Shown piece by piece: positions 36,063 to 50,496 of a stretch of 64,000 bases of DNA. Each line of letters opens with the position of its first letter. Position 1 is the first letter of the stretch. The translations under genes and the position numbers were made by a program. Under the pieces are notes generated by a model. It worked only from the letters and a program-made list of their open reading frames with translations. It did no database searches and had not been told where the DNA came from. Source of the stretch: Octopus vulgaris (lineage: Eukaryota); assembly GCA_951406725.2 (NCBI GenBank), contig OX597816.1, positions 113,522,001 through 113,586,000 of the forward strand. Direction: 5' to 3'.

Positions 36063-39000
36063 CAAGTATTTGAGAAGGGCTAGTTCATGTCATTATAAGT
36101 TCTCACCTTTCATTTCCCAATAGTTTTCATTGATGCCAAAGCTACTGTGTCCCCCTTCATGATAGCTGTATAAAGATTGAAGTGCCATTAACTGTATGTT
36201 GTATACATCAGCTCACCATAGAACATTTTCTTTCAGAGACATCTGTTACATATGTAGCATCTATACTTTTTCAAATGCAGATGAACTGCATGACATATCC
36301 ACATCAGTGGTGCCATACTCTTTGTCACATGTATATACTTCTTTGGGAGTCTAAGAATTGCTTGCTGAATTATAACTTACTGAGCAAGCATTCCTGCTTG
36401 TGGTCTCTTTTTTTTTTTATAAAATAGTTGATTGTGTAATGATTATGTCAATTAACTATTAATTTCCAGTGTTGGAATCCACACTAGTAGTCAGAAATAT
36501 TCTCTCCATGAGATATTGTACTTAGAGAAGTAGCACACATCCTATTCATTTTGCAATATTGTCCCTCATATATTATTTTCATAGTACATTTTACGAATAC
36601 AATGGCTGTTTTTAATAAATACTCTTTCCTCATCTTCAACATTTCAACTATGATGACATCTCTTTTGTTTACGTTTCATTGACCCAAATATCAAATTAAT
36701 TTAGAGAAATGATTTATTTATTTATATATTTATATCTAATTAATTCAAAATAGAGTAATGATTATTTTATTTATATCCTATTAAGATGGCTCATTGGTAA
36801 ATTATTTGATTAGCAATATAATAGCTGCTTCTAGTCTCAGAAGGCATTTGTCACTCAACTGAACTTTATATAAAGCCTTAAAATATATCAGTATAACATA
36901 CCTCGTTTCTAAGCTATATGATTCATAAATCTAGTATCATGTTTTGAAAACATTTTTGCATCCTAGCCTAAATTTCCTACCTTCTGATTGTAGTTTTACA
37001 ACTGTGTAGAAGCCTAACCAAGAGATTTCAGCAAGATTTTCACCTGATGCCTAAAATACAATTTTCCATGTGTTCAACCTCTTATTTGCAAATCTCTGTC
37101 CAGAAAGATTTGGTAAAACAAGTAGTACCACGCCTTTTCAGACTAAATAATAATATGCAATTTCAATTAATTGATATAGCTACAGATTTTTAGCTAAATT
37201 CAGATTTTATGTTAAAAGAAGTCACATGTTCAGATACGAATATGAATAAGTTACTCTAATTGATTGTAGTCTCATTACTAAATTTATGAAGAAGGACTTG
37301 TCAGCCTTGAACTTCGACATTCTTTTTACTGATGGATTACTTAGCTATATAAATATTTATGTAAATTTTGTGAATTTAAATGTTTTATTCAGCATGTGTA
37401 TTGTTGCTAAATATTGTTTATGGATTGTTGTTTTATACTAATTAACATTAAAAAAAAATGATACTTTATAATACAAAAATATGATGCGATAGAATTTATA
37501 GAAATTTTAAGACATCAGCAGTAGATTACAAGTTGTTCTTTAGCAAATTTAGTTACAGTCCACACTATTAGTTTGTTAAAAAGGCAAAACAATCTTGATA
37601 GGGAGAACAAATTAAAAAATAATTGGTGAGAGGGATTCATTATTTCTGTGGAACAAAGATATTACACCTCTTGATATTGATGCATCTTCTTTCCTGATCC
37701 AATATTTATACTTTCAGTGGATAAGAAATTATCAATATTGAACATAGAATGTTGATGTTGCTATCTGGTTCAGTTGGTGTAACTATTATTTCAGGAAGAA
37801 TTTATCAATAAACCCTAAGGTGTTATCATTAGAAAGAGACAGAAAAGCTGGTATCAAATTTCTTAAGTAACAGCTTGAATTAATTTAGCACTTTTTTGTT
37901 TAGTTGTATTTCTTTAAGTTTCCTTTGTTGAAAAGTCTGATCTTGATTATTTTTATGGCATTATGTTTCTTTGATGCTAAGTCTAATGATTAGATTAAAT
38001 ATGTTGAATTTCTTTCTTCCCAATAATTAGACACTCATGCAAATTATCTTTTTCTGCATACAAAGTAGATATCAAAATAGATATGAAAGAAATAAAAACA
38101 TCTACATTTTAAATGTGATGCAATCAATAAAGGTATGAACATATTTCACCTTCATCTTCTAAACAATATATTTGAAAACTTGTGGTTGAATTGTTTCTTT
38201 CTGATGCATTTGGTTGCTGTAAGTACCACAGTTATAAGTGTCAATCTGAAATATATTTATGCTTGATTTTTTTATATTTTTAAACAAGTTATCACAGAAA
38301 ACCTTCTGTAATTCTGAAGCCCAGCAGTTTACTACTTATTTGTTTGCCAAGCATTAAAAACTTGGGTAGGTTGTTGTTATCTAAATTCAAGAATTTGCAA
38401 TCCTAACAAATTAAGTTGATGGTTTTAATTGTAACAATATGTAATGGAATTGAATCATAAAGATAAAGTTACTCTAAATCTTGAAAGATTCTGAAATGAA
38501 TGACAAATTGCTTTGTTTGAATAAGTATGTAAATCTTACAAAGGCATTTTGCTGACATAAATAAATAAATTCTAGTGTTACATAATTTTTGAGGAAGCAG
38601 GTATTTTTGAAATTTTGTATCAGCATTGTGCTGTTATCAGTCTTACATTTCTCTGTAGAATCTAGAATACATTTGATATTATTCCTCTGTATATAAAAAG
38701 TATTTCATTAAAAGATCACACAAGTTTGATTGAAATCTGAAGATAATACTAAATCACAGATGTAGAAATGGATTTTCGATCATAACAATAGGTATGCCAA
38801 TATTTTATGACCAATGAAAATCAAATGTGTTTTAGGGACATTTATTTAATTTTAGAATGTTCAACAGAAAATAGAAAACAACATAATTGTTGTTCATTTT
38901 AAAATAATATAAATACTTTTTTTTGTTTCTTTTAAACATAAAAATGTAATTTTTAAAGATTGTATAATAACAAATTATTAAGGAAGAATTTCAGAGAGTG

Positions 39001-40249
39001 TGATTAGTTGTTTCAATGCGAAAATATAGAAGAATTGCACATTTAACTAAACTACTTTTAGATATGCTTAAAGTTCCTTACAAATAACCAACAGTATGTT
39101 TCATTTTTATCTTATACAAATTCATGTTTTATGAATATTTCTCAAGATTAAGTAGTTAATGTACTGATAATTTTAACTGGATACATTTCTAGTTCTCATT
39201 TATCTATTATCTGAATCTTTATTCTTTTACTTTAACAATCAATGTTATGTTTAATAAAAATAAATTGATAAGAGCTATATCATTGGGAAATCTTCTAAAA
39301 ATATTACCTATTTATATATATTATTGGTTTAAGTGTTGAAAAATGAGTTGTATAACTCATAAAATATTTCATAAAACATATTATGGCATGTTATTTTTTT
39401 TTGTTACTGTATTCTTTATTAACAGTTCTTCTGTTAGTTTTATGGATTCTCTTCTTATCAAATAGTTTATAACACAAATGAAAAATTTTGTATTACAACT
39501 TATTTATAAACTTCTAGCTTTGGCATTTTATATATGCATTCAATGTTTGCATATTTGCATATTTTTGTTGAGAACATGAAGTTGATAATATAAAAGTAAA
39601 TACTCAAATATAGACAAAAGATCTGATACTTTTGATTTTGTCTAGCTTTACCTATATAGCAGTAATTCAGACGGATATTCATTATTTATTTCTTCTAAAA
39701 GACAGATTAAAAAATATCTTTGCTGAAGCTACCTAGTGGGCTATTAAAAGAATGTTTGTCTATAGAAGTAAATATCAAAATATCTGTTGAATATTAGCAC
39801 TAGTGAATTTTCTCTTAAATAAATATTTATCATGAAATAAATACTTAGAAACATTTATAGAAGTATTCCACTGATAACTATTAGCAATGAGGAAATATGA
39901 AATGAGAGGAAATGGTAGAAAAGAATTATTTATTTTGTTTTGGATTGATTATCTTTTTACATTTTATTGATTATTGTTAGCTAATTATCTCTTATTTTAT
40001 AATCTACAGTGAATTTCATTAATATAAACTATTTTGTTTATGTGTGTGTGTCTTCTTCTGAGATATATATCTAGGCATATATGAATATGTGCATGTATAC
40101 ATACATCTATACATGCATATATGTATATAAATGCATAGTGTCACGTACTTGTGTGCACATGTATTCATTTATTAATACATATATACACGTTATGAATAAT
40201 TATCTATCTATCTTTACATGTAGATATAGATAGCTAGTTCAGTTACATA

Positions 40250-40293
40250 GATAATGTGTATATATATATATATATAGATATATATATATATAT

Positions 40294-40336
<43 letters not shown>

Positions 40337-40482
40337 TGTTTGCACATACATACACACCCATACACATTGAATACGAATCTATAAATTATAAATAATTATC
40401 TGTTTATCTATCTACCTACCTGCCTGCCTGCCAGCCTGCCTACCTGTCTGCCTACCTATCTACCTGTCTGCCTGCTCACCTG

Positions 40483-40516
<34 letters not shown>

Positions 40517-40575
40517 CATCCATCCATCTGTCAGTAGACAGATAGACAGATAGATAGATAGATAGATAGATAGAT
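40250..40575. repeat. Compound (TA)/(GATA)/(CCTG)/(TATC) microsatellite block
   Basis: Directly visible. Confidence 0.9.
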
Positions 40576-40906
40576 TAGTGGATAATTATTATATACTGGC
40601 TGCATGTTTCTGAGCTGGGAAATGAATGGAATGCCTGTTGTGTGTCTTTTTATGGCTACCCGCTCCTAAAAAATGGGAAATAGGCCTGGGAATATACATA
40701 TATGTATATATATATATATATATATAAAATGTTTCTGGACACTAACACTGGAAGGATAGCCATGTCCTCGACATGACAAAAGGGATCCCAGAAAACCCAC
40801 ATCTCTGCATGTGGTTAGGAAGCAAGCTTCTTACCACACAGCCACTCCCATGCCTATATATATATGTGTGTGTATATATATATATGTGTGTGTATATATA
40901 TATATA

Positions 40907-41068
40907 TAAGTAGCTTGCTTATAAACTGCATGGTTCTGGGTTCTGTCCCACTGCATGGCACCATAGCCTCAGGCTGACCAAAGCCATGTGAGTGGATTTG
41001 GTAGACGGAAACTGAAAGAAGTCCATCGTATATATGTGTATATATATATATGTATATATATCTATATC

Positions 41069-41101
<33 letters not shown>

Positions 41102-41327
41102 ATGTGTGTGTGTGTATCTGTTTGTGTGTCTGTGTTTGTACCCCCTCCCAACATCGCTTGATAACCGATGCTGGTGTGTTTACATCCCCATAACTTGGCA
41201 GTTCAGCAAAATAGACCGATAGAGTAAGTACTATGCTTACAAAGAAAAAGCCCTGGGGTCAATTAGCTCGACTAAAGGCGGTGCTCCAGTATGGCCACTG
41301 TCAAATGACTGAAACAAGTAAAAGAGT
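40907..41327 (+). mobile_element. SINE family 1
   Basis: High similarity to 43209-43594. Confidence 0.9.
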
Positions 41328-41391
41328 ATATATATATATTTATTAATTTGTGTTGTAAGATTCCTGATGTAAAATCATGCATTTTAAACAG

Positions 41392-41802
41392 ATATTGTTG
41401 CATTTTGGGATGGTCATTTAAAAAAGTTTTTTGCCAAATAAACACATACACTATATATTTGTTCTTCACTTGTTTATTACTGTTCTTATTTTAACTCATG
41501 TCCATTGTCTAGAAATCTTTCATCATACATCCGTGAGCTCTTCAGCAGCACTCTCCATCCTCATGTGTGTGTCCCTGCTCACCTTAGTTCTTTCTTTTCT
41601 TCTATATATAGAAGAATAGAATGGATTAGGCAGAGCAGGAGCACACATGAAGATGGGGTGTTGCTGAAGAGGTCACAGACATATAACAAAAGATTTCTGG
41701 ACAATGGACCTGAGTTAAAATAAGAACAGTAATAAATGAGTGAAGAACAAATATATAGTGCATGTGTTTAAAAAAAATGACCATCCCAAAATACAACAAT
41801 AT
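41392..41802. repeat. Diverged fold-back inverted repeat (~200 bp arms) centred on tctatatataga
   Basis: atattgttg.attttgggatggtca... mirrored by ...tgaccatcccaaaatacaacaatat; third arm copy at 43053-43206. Confidence 0.9.
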
Positions 41803-41918
41803 ATATAAGTATATATATATATATTACGGAATTAATGTTATTTTGCAGTTAAAGCTTTTGGCTGTTATTTCTAGTAGGTGAATGGCCTATTATGGCCGTT
41901 CCTTGATTGTGATGATAT

Positions 41919-41952
<34 letters not shown>

Positions 41953-42720
41953 GGTGAAGCACGATCTTTGAACTTTACGCCTCGCTGAGGAAATCACTAG
42001 TGACTGAGACTTTTGGAAATATGTTGTGTGTGAGAAGACCCGGCAAGCCAAATGAGACCATAATCTCGTGGTCTATGCCAGGGGCATAACCAGCCCACTT
42101 ATGCGTACTTTTTCCTTCTTTGGATACTAAAACTCTGCTTGTGAAGACCTGTTGAGGCAAGTGAAATCAAAATCAAAATCAAATTTGATGACTGGCGTCC
42201 ATGCTAGCGGGGTGCAAAGAGCACCATACGAGTGTGATCATTGACAAGGCGGCCAACCGGCTTCTGTGTCAGTGGCACTTAAAAGGCACCATTCGAGTGT
42301 GTTCGTTACCAGCATTGCCTTACTGGCACTCGAGCCCCGTGCTAGTCGGGTGTTAAGAGCACCATCCGGGCGTGATCGTTGCCAGAGTGGGTATCTGGCC
42401 TCCATGCCGGTGGCTTGTAAAAGACACCATCTGAGAATGACTGTTACCAGAATCGCTTTACTGGCACCTGTGCCGGTGGCATGTGTAAAAGATTTGAGCG
42501 AGGTTGTTGCCAGTACCACCTGACTGGCCCCATGCTGGTGGCATGTAAAAGCACCCACTACACTCTCAGAGTGGTTGGTGTTAGGAAGGGCATCCAGCTG
42601 TAGAAACTCTGCCAGATCAAGATTGAAGCCTGGTGCAGCCATCTGTTTGCCAGCCCTTAGTCAAATCGTCCAACCCATGCTAGCATGGAAAGCGGACGTT
42701 AAGCGACGATGATCATGAGG
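41953..42720 (+). mobile_element. 5'-truncated RTE copy: ORF end, minisatellite 3' UTR and tail
   Basis: 41953-42055 aligns with 24741-24845; aaaagcacc repeat units; standard tail. Confidence 0.85.
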
Positions 42721-42794
42721 ATGACATACATATACATATATATATGTGTGTGTGTATATATATGTATATATATGTGTGTGTATATATATCTTTA

Positions 42795-42840
<46 letters not shown>

Positions 42841-43208
42841 TGGCAGAAGAGGTCGTCCCCTTCACTTAGAGGTTCGGCAAAAAGAGACCGATAGAATAAG
42901 TACTGGGCTTACAAAGAATAAGTCCCGGGGTTGATTTGCTCGACTAAAGGTGGTGCTCCAGCATGGCCGCAGTCAAATGACTGAAACAAGTAAAAGAGTA
43001 AAAGAGTAAAGAGCGATGTATATATATATATATATATATTGTTGTATTTATATATATTGTTGTATTTTGGGATGGTCATTTTTTTTTTTTGCCAGATAAA
43101 GACATGCACTATATATTTGTTCTTCACTCATTTATTACTGTTCTTATTTTAACTCAGATCCATTGTCCAGAAATCTTTTGTTATATGCCTGTGACCTCTT
43201 CAGCAATA

Positions 43209-43594
43209 GGCGCAGGAGTGGCTGTGTGGTAAGTAGCTTGCTAACCAACCACATGATTCCGGGTTCAGTCCCACTGCGTGGCATCTTGGGCAAGTGTCTT
43301 CTGTTATAGCCCCGGGCCGACCAATGCCTTGTGAGTGGATTTGGTAGACGGAAACTGAAAGAAGCCTGTCGTATATATGTATATATATATGTGTGTGTGT
43401 TTGTGTGTCTGTGTTTGTCCCCCTAGCATTGTCAACCGATGCTGGTGTGTTTGTGTCCCCGTCACTTAGCGGTTCGGCAAAAAGAGTAAGTACTGGGCTT
43501 ATAAAGAATAAGTCCTGGGGTCGATTTGCTCGACTAAAGGCAGTGCTCCAGCATGGCCGCAGTCAAATGACTGAAACAAGTAAAAGAGTAAAGA
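43209..43594 (+). mobile_element. SINE family 1, full-length and well preserved
   Basis: A box TGGCTGTGTGG, B box GGTTCAGTCCC, internal TA/TG repeat, tail ..atgactgaaacaagtaaaagag; many CpGs retained. Confidence 0.92.
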
Positions 43595-43611
43595 GAGATG
43601 TATATATATTC

Positions 43612-43800
43612 TTTTATTCTTTTATTTGTTTCAGTCATTTGACTGTGGCCATGCTGGAGCACTGCCTTTAGGACTTATTCTTTCTCAGCCTTGTACTTAA
43701 TCTATCAGTCTCTTTTGCCGAACCGCTAAGTTACGCGGACTTAAACACACCAACATCGGTTGTCAAGCGATGTGGGGGGGGGGGGAAACACAGACACACA
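43612..43800 (-). mobile_element. SINE family 1 3' half, inverted relative to its neighbour
   Basis: Reverse complement of 43410-43590. Confidence 0.88.
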
Positions 43801-44274
43801 AATATATACATATATATATATATAAATATAATGCATGTGTTACTTTTGACTGATTTCTCAGCTTTGTTAGTGTATCATAAATATATCTTGTAGGTTTTGT
43901 ACTTGCAATTTAAATTGTGATTTCAAAAGCTTTCTTTTATCCTTTCAGTATCCCATAAATAAAATACAGTCAAGTACTGGGTTTGATAGTACTGACTAAC
44001 ATCCCAAAATTACTGATTTCATGCCAGAGACAATTATTATTCTGCATACTAACAAGAACATTTCATTCTTCTACATGCTCACATGCATGCCCACCACCCC
44101 ACCATGCATATTATTCATTTGTGCTAATTCAGCGAGTGGTAAAATGATTCATGTATATTGGATCCTATGTTGACAGAAGAAATGGTACCAGTTAAATTTC
44201 TTTTTCTGTTTACTTCTCTTCATTTTAACAGATACAACAGTTATAGCTAAAAAGACTTGTTAGTCTGTCTTCTG

Positions 44275-44650
44275 ATTCTGCAGACAAAATGGAAAAGGTG
44301 TTGCCCTGAAGGATGGTGAGGGAGACATACTTAAACAGCCACTCTGATTCATGGGGCTTGCTCTTGTGGATAGCCATCTCTACTCTGATAGCAGTGAGCA
44401 GGAATGTCATCTGGAGGCCAAGAATGCAGGAGTTTTCCATTGCCTTAGGCTCAACCAGAAATCTATCAGAAATCTGCTAATACTTTCACACTTAGTCTTT
44501 CTTTGCTTGACAAGCAGCAAAGCCTGGGTTGCCAACCAAACACACCAGGTTGACATTGGAGAGGTTGTCACAGCATGTGGCATCCTAGATGAGGGACCTT
44601 CCACTACAGGACTTCTCACAGCAGGCAGCTGCTTTAGGCAAGCATGACTG
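44275..44650 (-). mobile_element. Restriction-like endonuclease domain fossil of a CRE-like non-LTR retrotransposon
   Basis: Reads GRSLI*DATCCDNL..GFAA..KY..FLVEPKAMENS..WLFKYVSLTILQGNTFSIL, resembling the WDAT..P.A.ET.G..IQRGNA RLE pattern. Confidence 0.65.
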
Positions 44651-45385
44651 GGGGAATAAACCTTGTCTGACATATAGACATTATGCATAAATTCATATTT
44701 GAACAGAAATAAAACAAAGGAACAAACAGAAAATTCACACACAGGACAGGACATTGTTAATTCCTCATCAGTTATCATTCAAAAACATCCTTACAATTTC
44801 ACACCTTTAATGATATCTGTCTATCTACCTACCTGCCTCCCTGCCTGCCTGCCTAATGATGATGGATTCTCATGTCATGAACAACGAATAAGGGTTCAAT
44901 AAAATAAAGTGGTAATCATGTTCTATGGACACGAATGTGTCACTTGTGGCCTGCTGCTGTCTTCCAAACCTTGTAGTAAAATAGAACACATTGAGGACTA
45001 AGTTAGCTTGAATGGTTGTGGACCATTTACTATGTATTTTCTTGAGTGGATGGCAAGGCCTGCTTTGCTCTGAGCCACAAACCCACAATGAAAGGTAAGA
45101 TTTTCATTTAGAGGAGCAGTGTTTTGCCAGCATGCCTTCATGCTTGCACAAAATTGGTCCTGATCTTGGAATTGACTAAGCTTCAAATCTTTGAATTGAG
45201 GAAAAGCAGGACTGCATTTTGACGTTTTGTTGCATGGTTGGTGACTAAACTGGCAACCCTACTGAGCTTGCTGGTGAGGAGAGTGATCGTTAGACATCTT
45301 ATGGGACGAAAAATCAAACCTATTAAAGGGCAGAGGAACTAATGAGTGGGCAAGTCATCCAACAATTTGTGTACATATACTCTCA

Positions 45386-45893
45386 CTCTTTTACTTATTT
45401 CAGTCATTTGACTGCAGCCATGCTGGAGCACTGCCTTTAGTTGAGCAAATCAACCCCCAGGACTTATACTTTGTAAACCTAGTACTTATTCTATCGGGCT
45501 CTTTTCCTAAACCGCTAAGTTACGGGGATGTAAATACACCACTATCGGTTGTCAAGCAATGTTGGGGGCGGGAGGGACAAACACAGACACACAAACATAC
45601 ACATACACATACACATGCACATATATATTGGCATGTAAAAAGCACCATCCAATCGTGGCCGTTTGCCAGCCTCGTCTGGCACCTGTGCCGGTGGCATGTA
45701 AAAAGCACCCACTACACTCACGGAGTGGTTGGCGTTAGGAAGGGCATCCAGTCGTAGAAACATTGCCAGATCAGACTGGGCCTGGTGCAGCCTTCTGGCT
45801 TCCTAGACTCCAGCTGAACCGTCCAACCCATGCTAGCATGGAAAGCAGACGCTAAACGATGAAGCTACTTACCACACAGCCACTCCTGTGCCT
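45386..45893. mobile_element. Minus-strand family 1 SINE with a plus-strand RTE tail (45629-45862) inserted at its microsatellite
   Basis: SINE tail 45386-45600, RTE tail, then SINE head gctacttaccacacagccactcctgtgcc. Confidence 0.8.
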
Positions 45894-46193
45894 GTATATA
45901 TTGTTTTTATATCCTATTAATATGCTTAAATTTCATATTTTTTACATATTTTTATATATTTATATACATGTATGAGACAGATGGGGTTACCTAATTAGGG
46001 AAAATTCTGATATAAAACCAGATTTGTGGTTGCTGATATTCCCCTTAGTTGGTATGCACTATCAGCATCTACTTACTCATAGGGCAGTGTGGGATCTGTA
46101 GCTTTTGAGCAACTAGACTAGAAGAAGGCTACTCTGATCAATTTAGCATCTGACACATGGCACACCATGTGATTGGGCGTTTTACGTGAAATT

Positions 46194-46789
46194 ACATACA
46201 TACATGCACATGAAAGCAAGTGCACATACACACATACACATACACTCACATGCATGCACACAACATCATTGTCATAATCCTTGTTATTGTTGGCATCATT
46301 ATTATATTTATATACTTTTTTATCCATACCTGCATGTGTTGGATGCGTCTTGATGCATTTCATCCAATTTATAGAATATACTAAGTGCCTTTTATCATGC
46401 CACCCACCCTAGAAAGGCTGTTTGTGACAAGATTAAAGAGTCTTCACTACTCTGTATCCTTCATAGACAGATCACCTGTGATGCAGTTTAAATTTCTCTT
46501 CCTCTCTCTCTCTCTCTCTCTCTCTCTTTATCTCTCTCTCTTCCTCTTTATATATATATATGGCACGTAAAAAGCACCAACTGATCATGACTGTTGACAG
46601 CCTCCCCTGGCACCTGTACCAGTGGCACGTAAAAAGCACCCATTACACTCACGGAGTGGTTGGCGTTAGGAAAGGCATCCAGCTGTAGAAACACTGCCAG
46701 ATCAGACTGGAGCCTGGTGCAGCCTCCTGGCTTCTCAGACCCCAGTCAAACCATCCAACCCATGCTAGCATGGAAAACGGACATTAAAC

Positions 46790-46858
<69 letters not shown>

Positions 46859-47398
46859 TGCTCTCTCTATATATATATGTGTGTGTATATAGTGTCCACA
46901 GTACTGTGGACACTTTAGTCATGCCAGAGACAGCCTTTCAAGGGTTGGTGGCATGATAATATGTGTGTGTGTGTGTGTGTGTGTGTGTTCTGAGGACCTG
47001 GCAGTATAGAGTGATTATACAACTGTCTTTGTAAAAATTACTGCATAGTATACTGGTATATGCTGGTAAAACATATTATATTATGTAATTTCTGTTATAA
47101 CAAAAAAAAATTTTTTAACTGAATCTCTTCTCATTTTTTATTCTGAACTTAGACATATATATTTATTGAAAAATAATAAGCATAAAACGGGTGCTTGTTA
47201 TATTTTCCTATTATTTGATTCATATTCTGCACTGTAGTCTATCCTGAGTTTGGTGCCCACATTGTGCTACACTTTGTCTATGGGAGTGGAGTGTGGAGCT
47301 CACTATTGAGCTCAATTTTGGTTGTGATGCACTTTAATGTGGTCCTTTTCTTTCCTTCTTTCTTTCCTTATTTCTTTCTTTCTTTCTTTCTATGCTAC
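46194..47398 (+). repeat. Local direct duplication, copy 1 (~1.2 kb)
   Basis: Collinear and highly similar to 50497-51678, including the embedded RTE tail. Confidence 0.95.
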
Positions 47399-50300
47399 AG
47401 GAAAATACACACACACACACATATATATATACACACACACATGTGTATGTATGTATATATATATTTATATATATGTATATATATGTATATATACATGTAT
47501 AATTATGTATATATATATGTATATAGCAGAGTGTGATTGTAGATGTTAAATGGACCAGTTACTTTTAATGAATTTATTTCTTAGTATTTGCGGAGGATTT
47601 GTTCTTACTACTCATTCATAACTTTTTCTCAAATATCTCTGCCATATGGAATATGAAAATCACTGCTCTGCTATTCTTTCTAAGTCTAATGTTGGTCAGT
47701 TAGGATATTGTGGACCTTGCATTCTCGTCTCTCATCCCTCACATGACGTCTTAATCCATTCCTATTTTAGGTCCTTTTGTTCATGTGCCCATTCAAAATA
47801 CAATATAAACTTAACCAGGAGTAAAAGCTTAGGCAATTGTTTTGTTATAGCTGTATGGCTGGGAAACCAGAGTGCTTTCTTCTAATCCACCTCTCTTTTA
47901 CTTAGAAGTTTGTGTCTTGGTGTTCCTGGGTTTATGATCCTGCTTTTCCTTCTTTAGCCTTCTTTGTAGAAAATAACAAGCTGAAACTTTGATTCTCATC
48001 ACAATGATGCTGAAGTATTCATATTTCTAGGCATTATCAAGAATGTTCAGGTTTTAGTAAAGAATGACTTGTAGATATGATTTCACACACACGCACACAC
48101 ACACACATGCATGTGTGTGTATAGTGTATATATATATATATCATTATCATCATCATAAAATGTCTGTTGTTCATGCTGACATGATTTGGACAGTTTGACC
48201 AGAGCTGGCAACATCGATTTGATGGAGGGAGTGAACTTATATGAACACAAACATTTGATCATGATAAACAAGGTATCTGTGTGGCTGCTCATCAAGAGTC
48301 CATAATATATATATATACATATACCCACATACATGTGTATAAGTGTATAAGTATATATATATATGTATACACACACACATGTATATATATGCATACACAC
48401 ACACACACATACACATATAATATGTATATATACATAATCCTGCTCTCTTCTATTCACTCTCTTCTCTACATTGCCATTACACTGTTTGGTTGTATGAATA
48501 GCAGAAAGATGGAGTTTTTTACTATTGCTGTAACAAGACTACCTCTCTAGTGCTGATGTCTTGATAAAATGCATCCTGTGCATGCTGTATAGTGGTCAAC
48601 ATTAGAGTGAAATCAAACCATAGAAACCATCCCCAAAATAGTTCTCTGACATGTCTATGAGAGAAGTAACTCAAAATGATTTCCATTTATTGTGTTTACA
48701 ATAAGCAATTGAAGAATTTATTAATTTAAAACAATCTTTTAGCTTCTTTTTATACATTGTATTATATGCAAACTTATAAATAATAATACTTGTATAGTTA
48801 TACTAATTTTAAGCTTAACATATTTGGAAGAAATTTCTTTCTTTACCACTCAACTCAAAGTAACTGTATCTTCAATTTGAAATAATTATTAGTTATTTTT
48901 TTAAAAAGAATCAAAGTTGTTCATTTCTCATAACATTGTGTTATGTAATCAGCATTCTTCACAAAAGTATTACAGAAGTATATTCATCGCAGTTAGGCAG
49001 GAAGCATTTTAAACAATAGTTTTTCTTTTTCATCAGAGTACAATATTAGATTCTATTGTCTTAGTCATGTTCGAATTGTTAGTGTGGCAGCTCATTTGAT
49101 TGTATTTATATGATGATTGAATGTTTGTTAAATCTATCTTGTCATGTGTTCTAACTCATTTGAAACTGTGTCTGATATATAAGACTTACGAGAATTCCAT
49201 CAAGATGACCAGCAGCTTCAAAGGACATATTTAATTTTGGAAATCTATGAGAAGGTATATGGGGGCTGAGATAATATTTTATAGATATGGAATAAAAATA
49301 AATGCATGCTGTTGTCTGTTAATAATACTTCCCACTATAGCATCACTTACTATTGTTATTTCCATTTCAATATGCACATTCTTTTGTGAGATGACTTTTA
49401 TGTTCTTTTTCTGAGTATTACATATATACATGTGTGGCTGCATATCTATATAAATATATATGTGTATATATGTATGTGTATGCATATATGTATATATATT
49501 TATATATATGTATATATATGTGTGTGTGTGTATATATATATATATCAATTCTCCCCTAATGATTACAATGACAGTTTTCCTATTATTGCTAATATTGGTG
49601 TTGTAGTTGTCTTGTTTTTGTTGCTGTTGTTGTTGTTGTTGTTGTTATTATTATTATTATTATTAGTAGTAGTAGTAGAATTTTTTATGTAATTTTTATG
49701 CAGCAAGTAACAATGTGTAGGTGATTATTTTGCATTCATTGTATTCTAGGATTAATCATAAAACAATAGTAAATGCTTTGTTTCTAATAATCAGCAGTAG
49801 TAAGATGTTGCAGTTAATATTTTTCTTTCTGTCCATACTTCAATATCTCATCATTGCTTTTGAACAATGGAAATGTATATTTTTTTAAATATCCCTTTAG
49901 ATGTCAACTGCTTAGCTATAGTTAGGTTTCTTTTTTCTATTATTATTTTTGTTTTAGTTCTTTTCTTTTTTTTTGCTCATTATGTATAAGAATTGTAATT
50001 TTGAATATTTGCATACATCATTTAATTTACTTTTGAGTAATGTCATCTGATGTATATGAAAGAAGAAAAATGCTTGAAATGAATAATTTGTTTAATATGT
50101 TTCAAATTATTTACAAAGTAATTAATACAACTTAATTAAAATAAGCCATATCAGATCCAGAATGAGATCATGCTATCATAGCAAAGGATTTTATATCTAT
50201 AATTTGATATTATCTTTTCCACAAAACATTCCATGAAACACAAACTCTTTGACAATTAACTTTTAACTATGTTGTTCTTTTAAATCTAACTCATTCTTTC

Positions 50301-50496
50301 ATAATCATCTACGATAGTAATGCAGTTGTGAATGGTCCACTACTAAAAGCCAAATATGTTGAAATGTTTTAAAATAATAGTTCAGTATCAAAGAAAATTG
50401 CTTATAAATGGTTAAAAATTATTATTTCAAAACTCAATGTTCAAGAAAGGATTAAAAACTGAATGCAAATTGGCTGGGACATGAAAGATAAATTAT

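Noticed and set aside
44998-45186. HCGFVAQSKAGLAIHSRK, C2H2-like peptide
   Set aside because: Incomplete ligands; at best a decayed LINE C-terminal finger, not a host zinc-finger gene
49184-49254. Possible host exon (LREFHQDDQQLQRTYLILEIYEK followed by GT)
   Set aside because: Weak acceptor, no polypyrimidine tract, no recognisable homology
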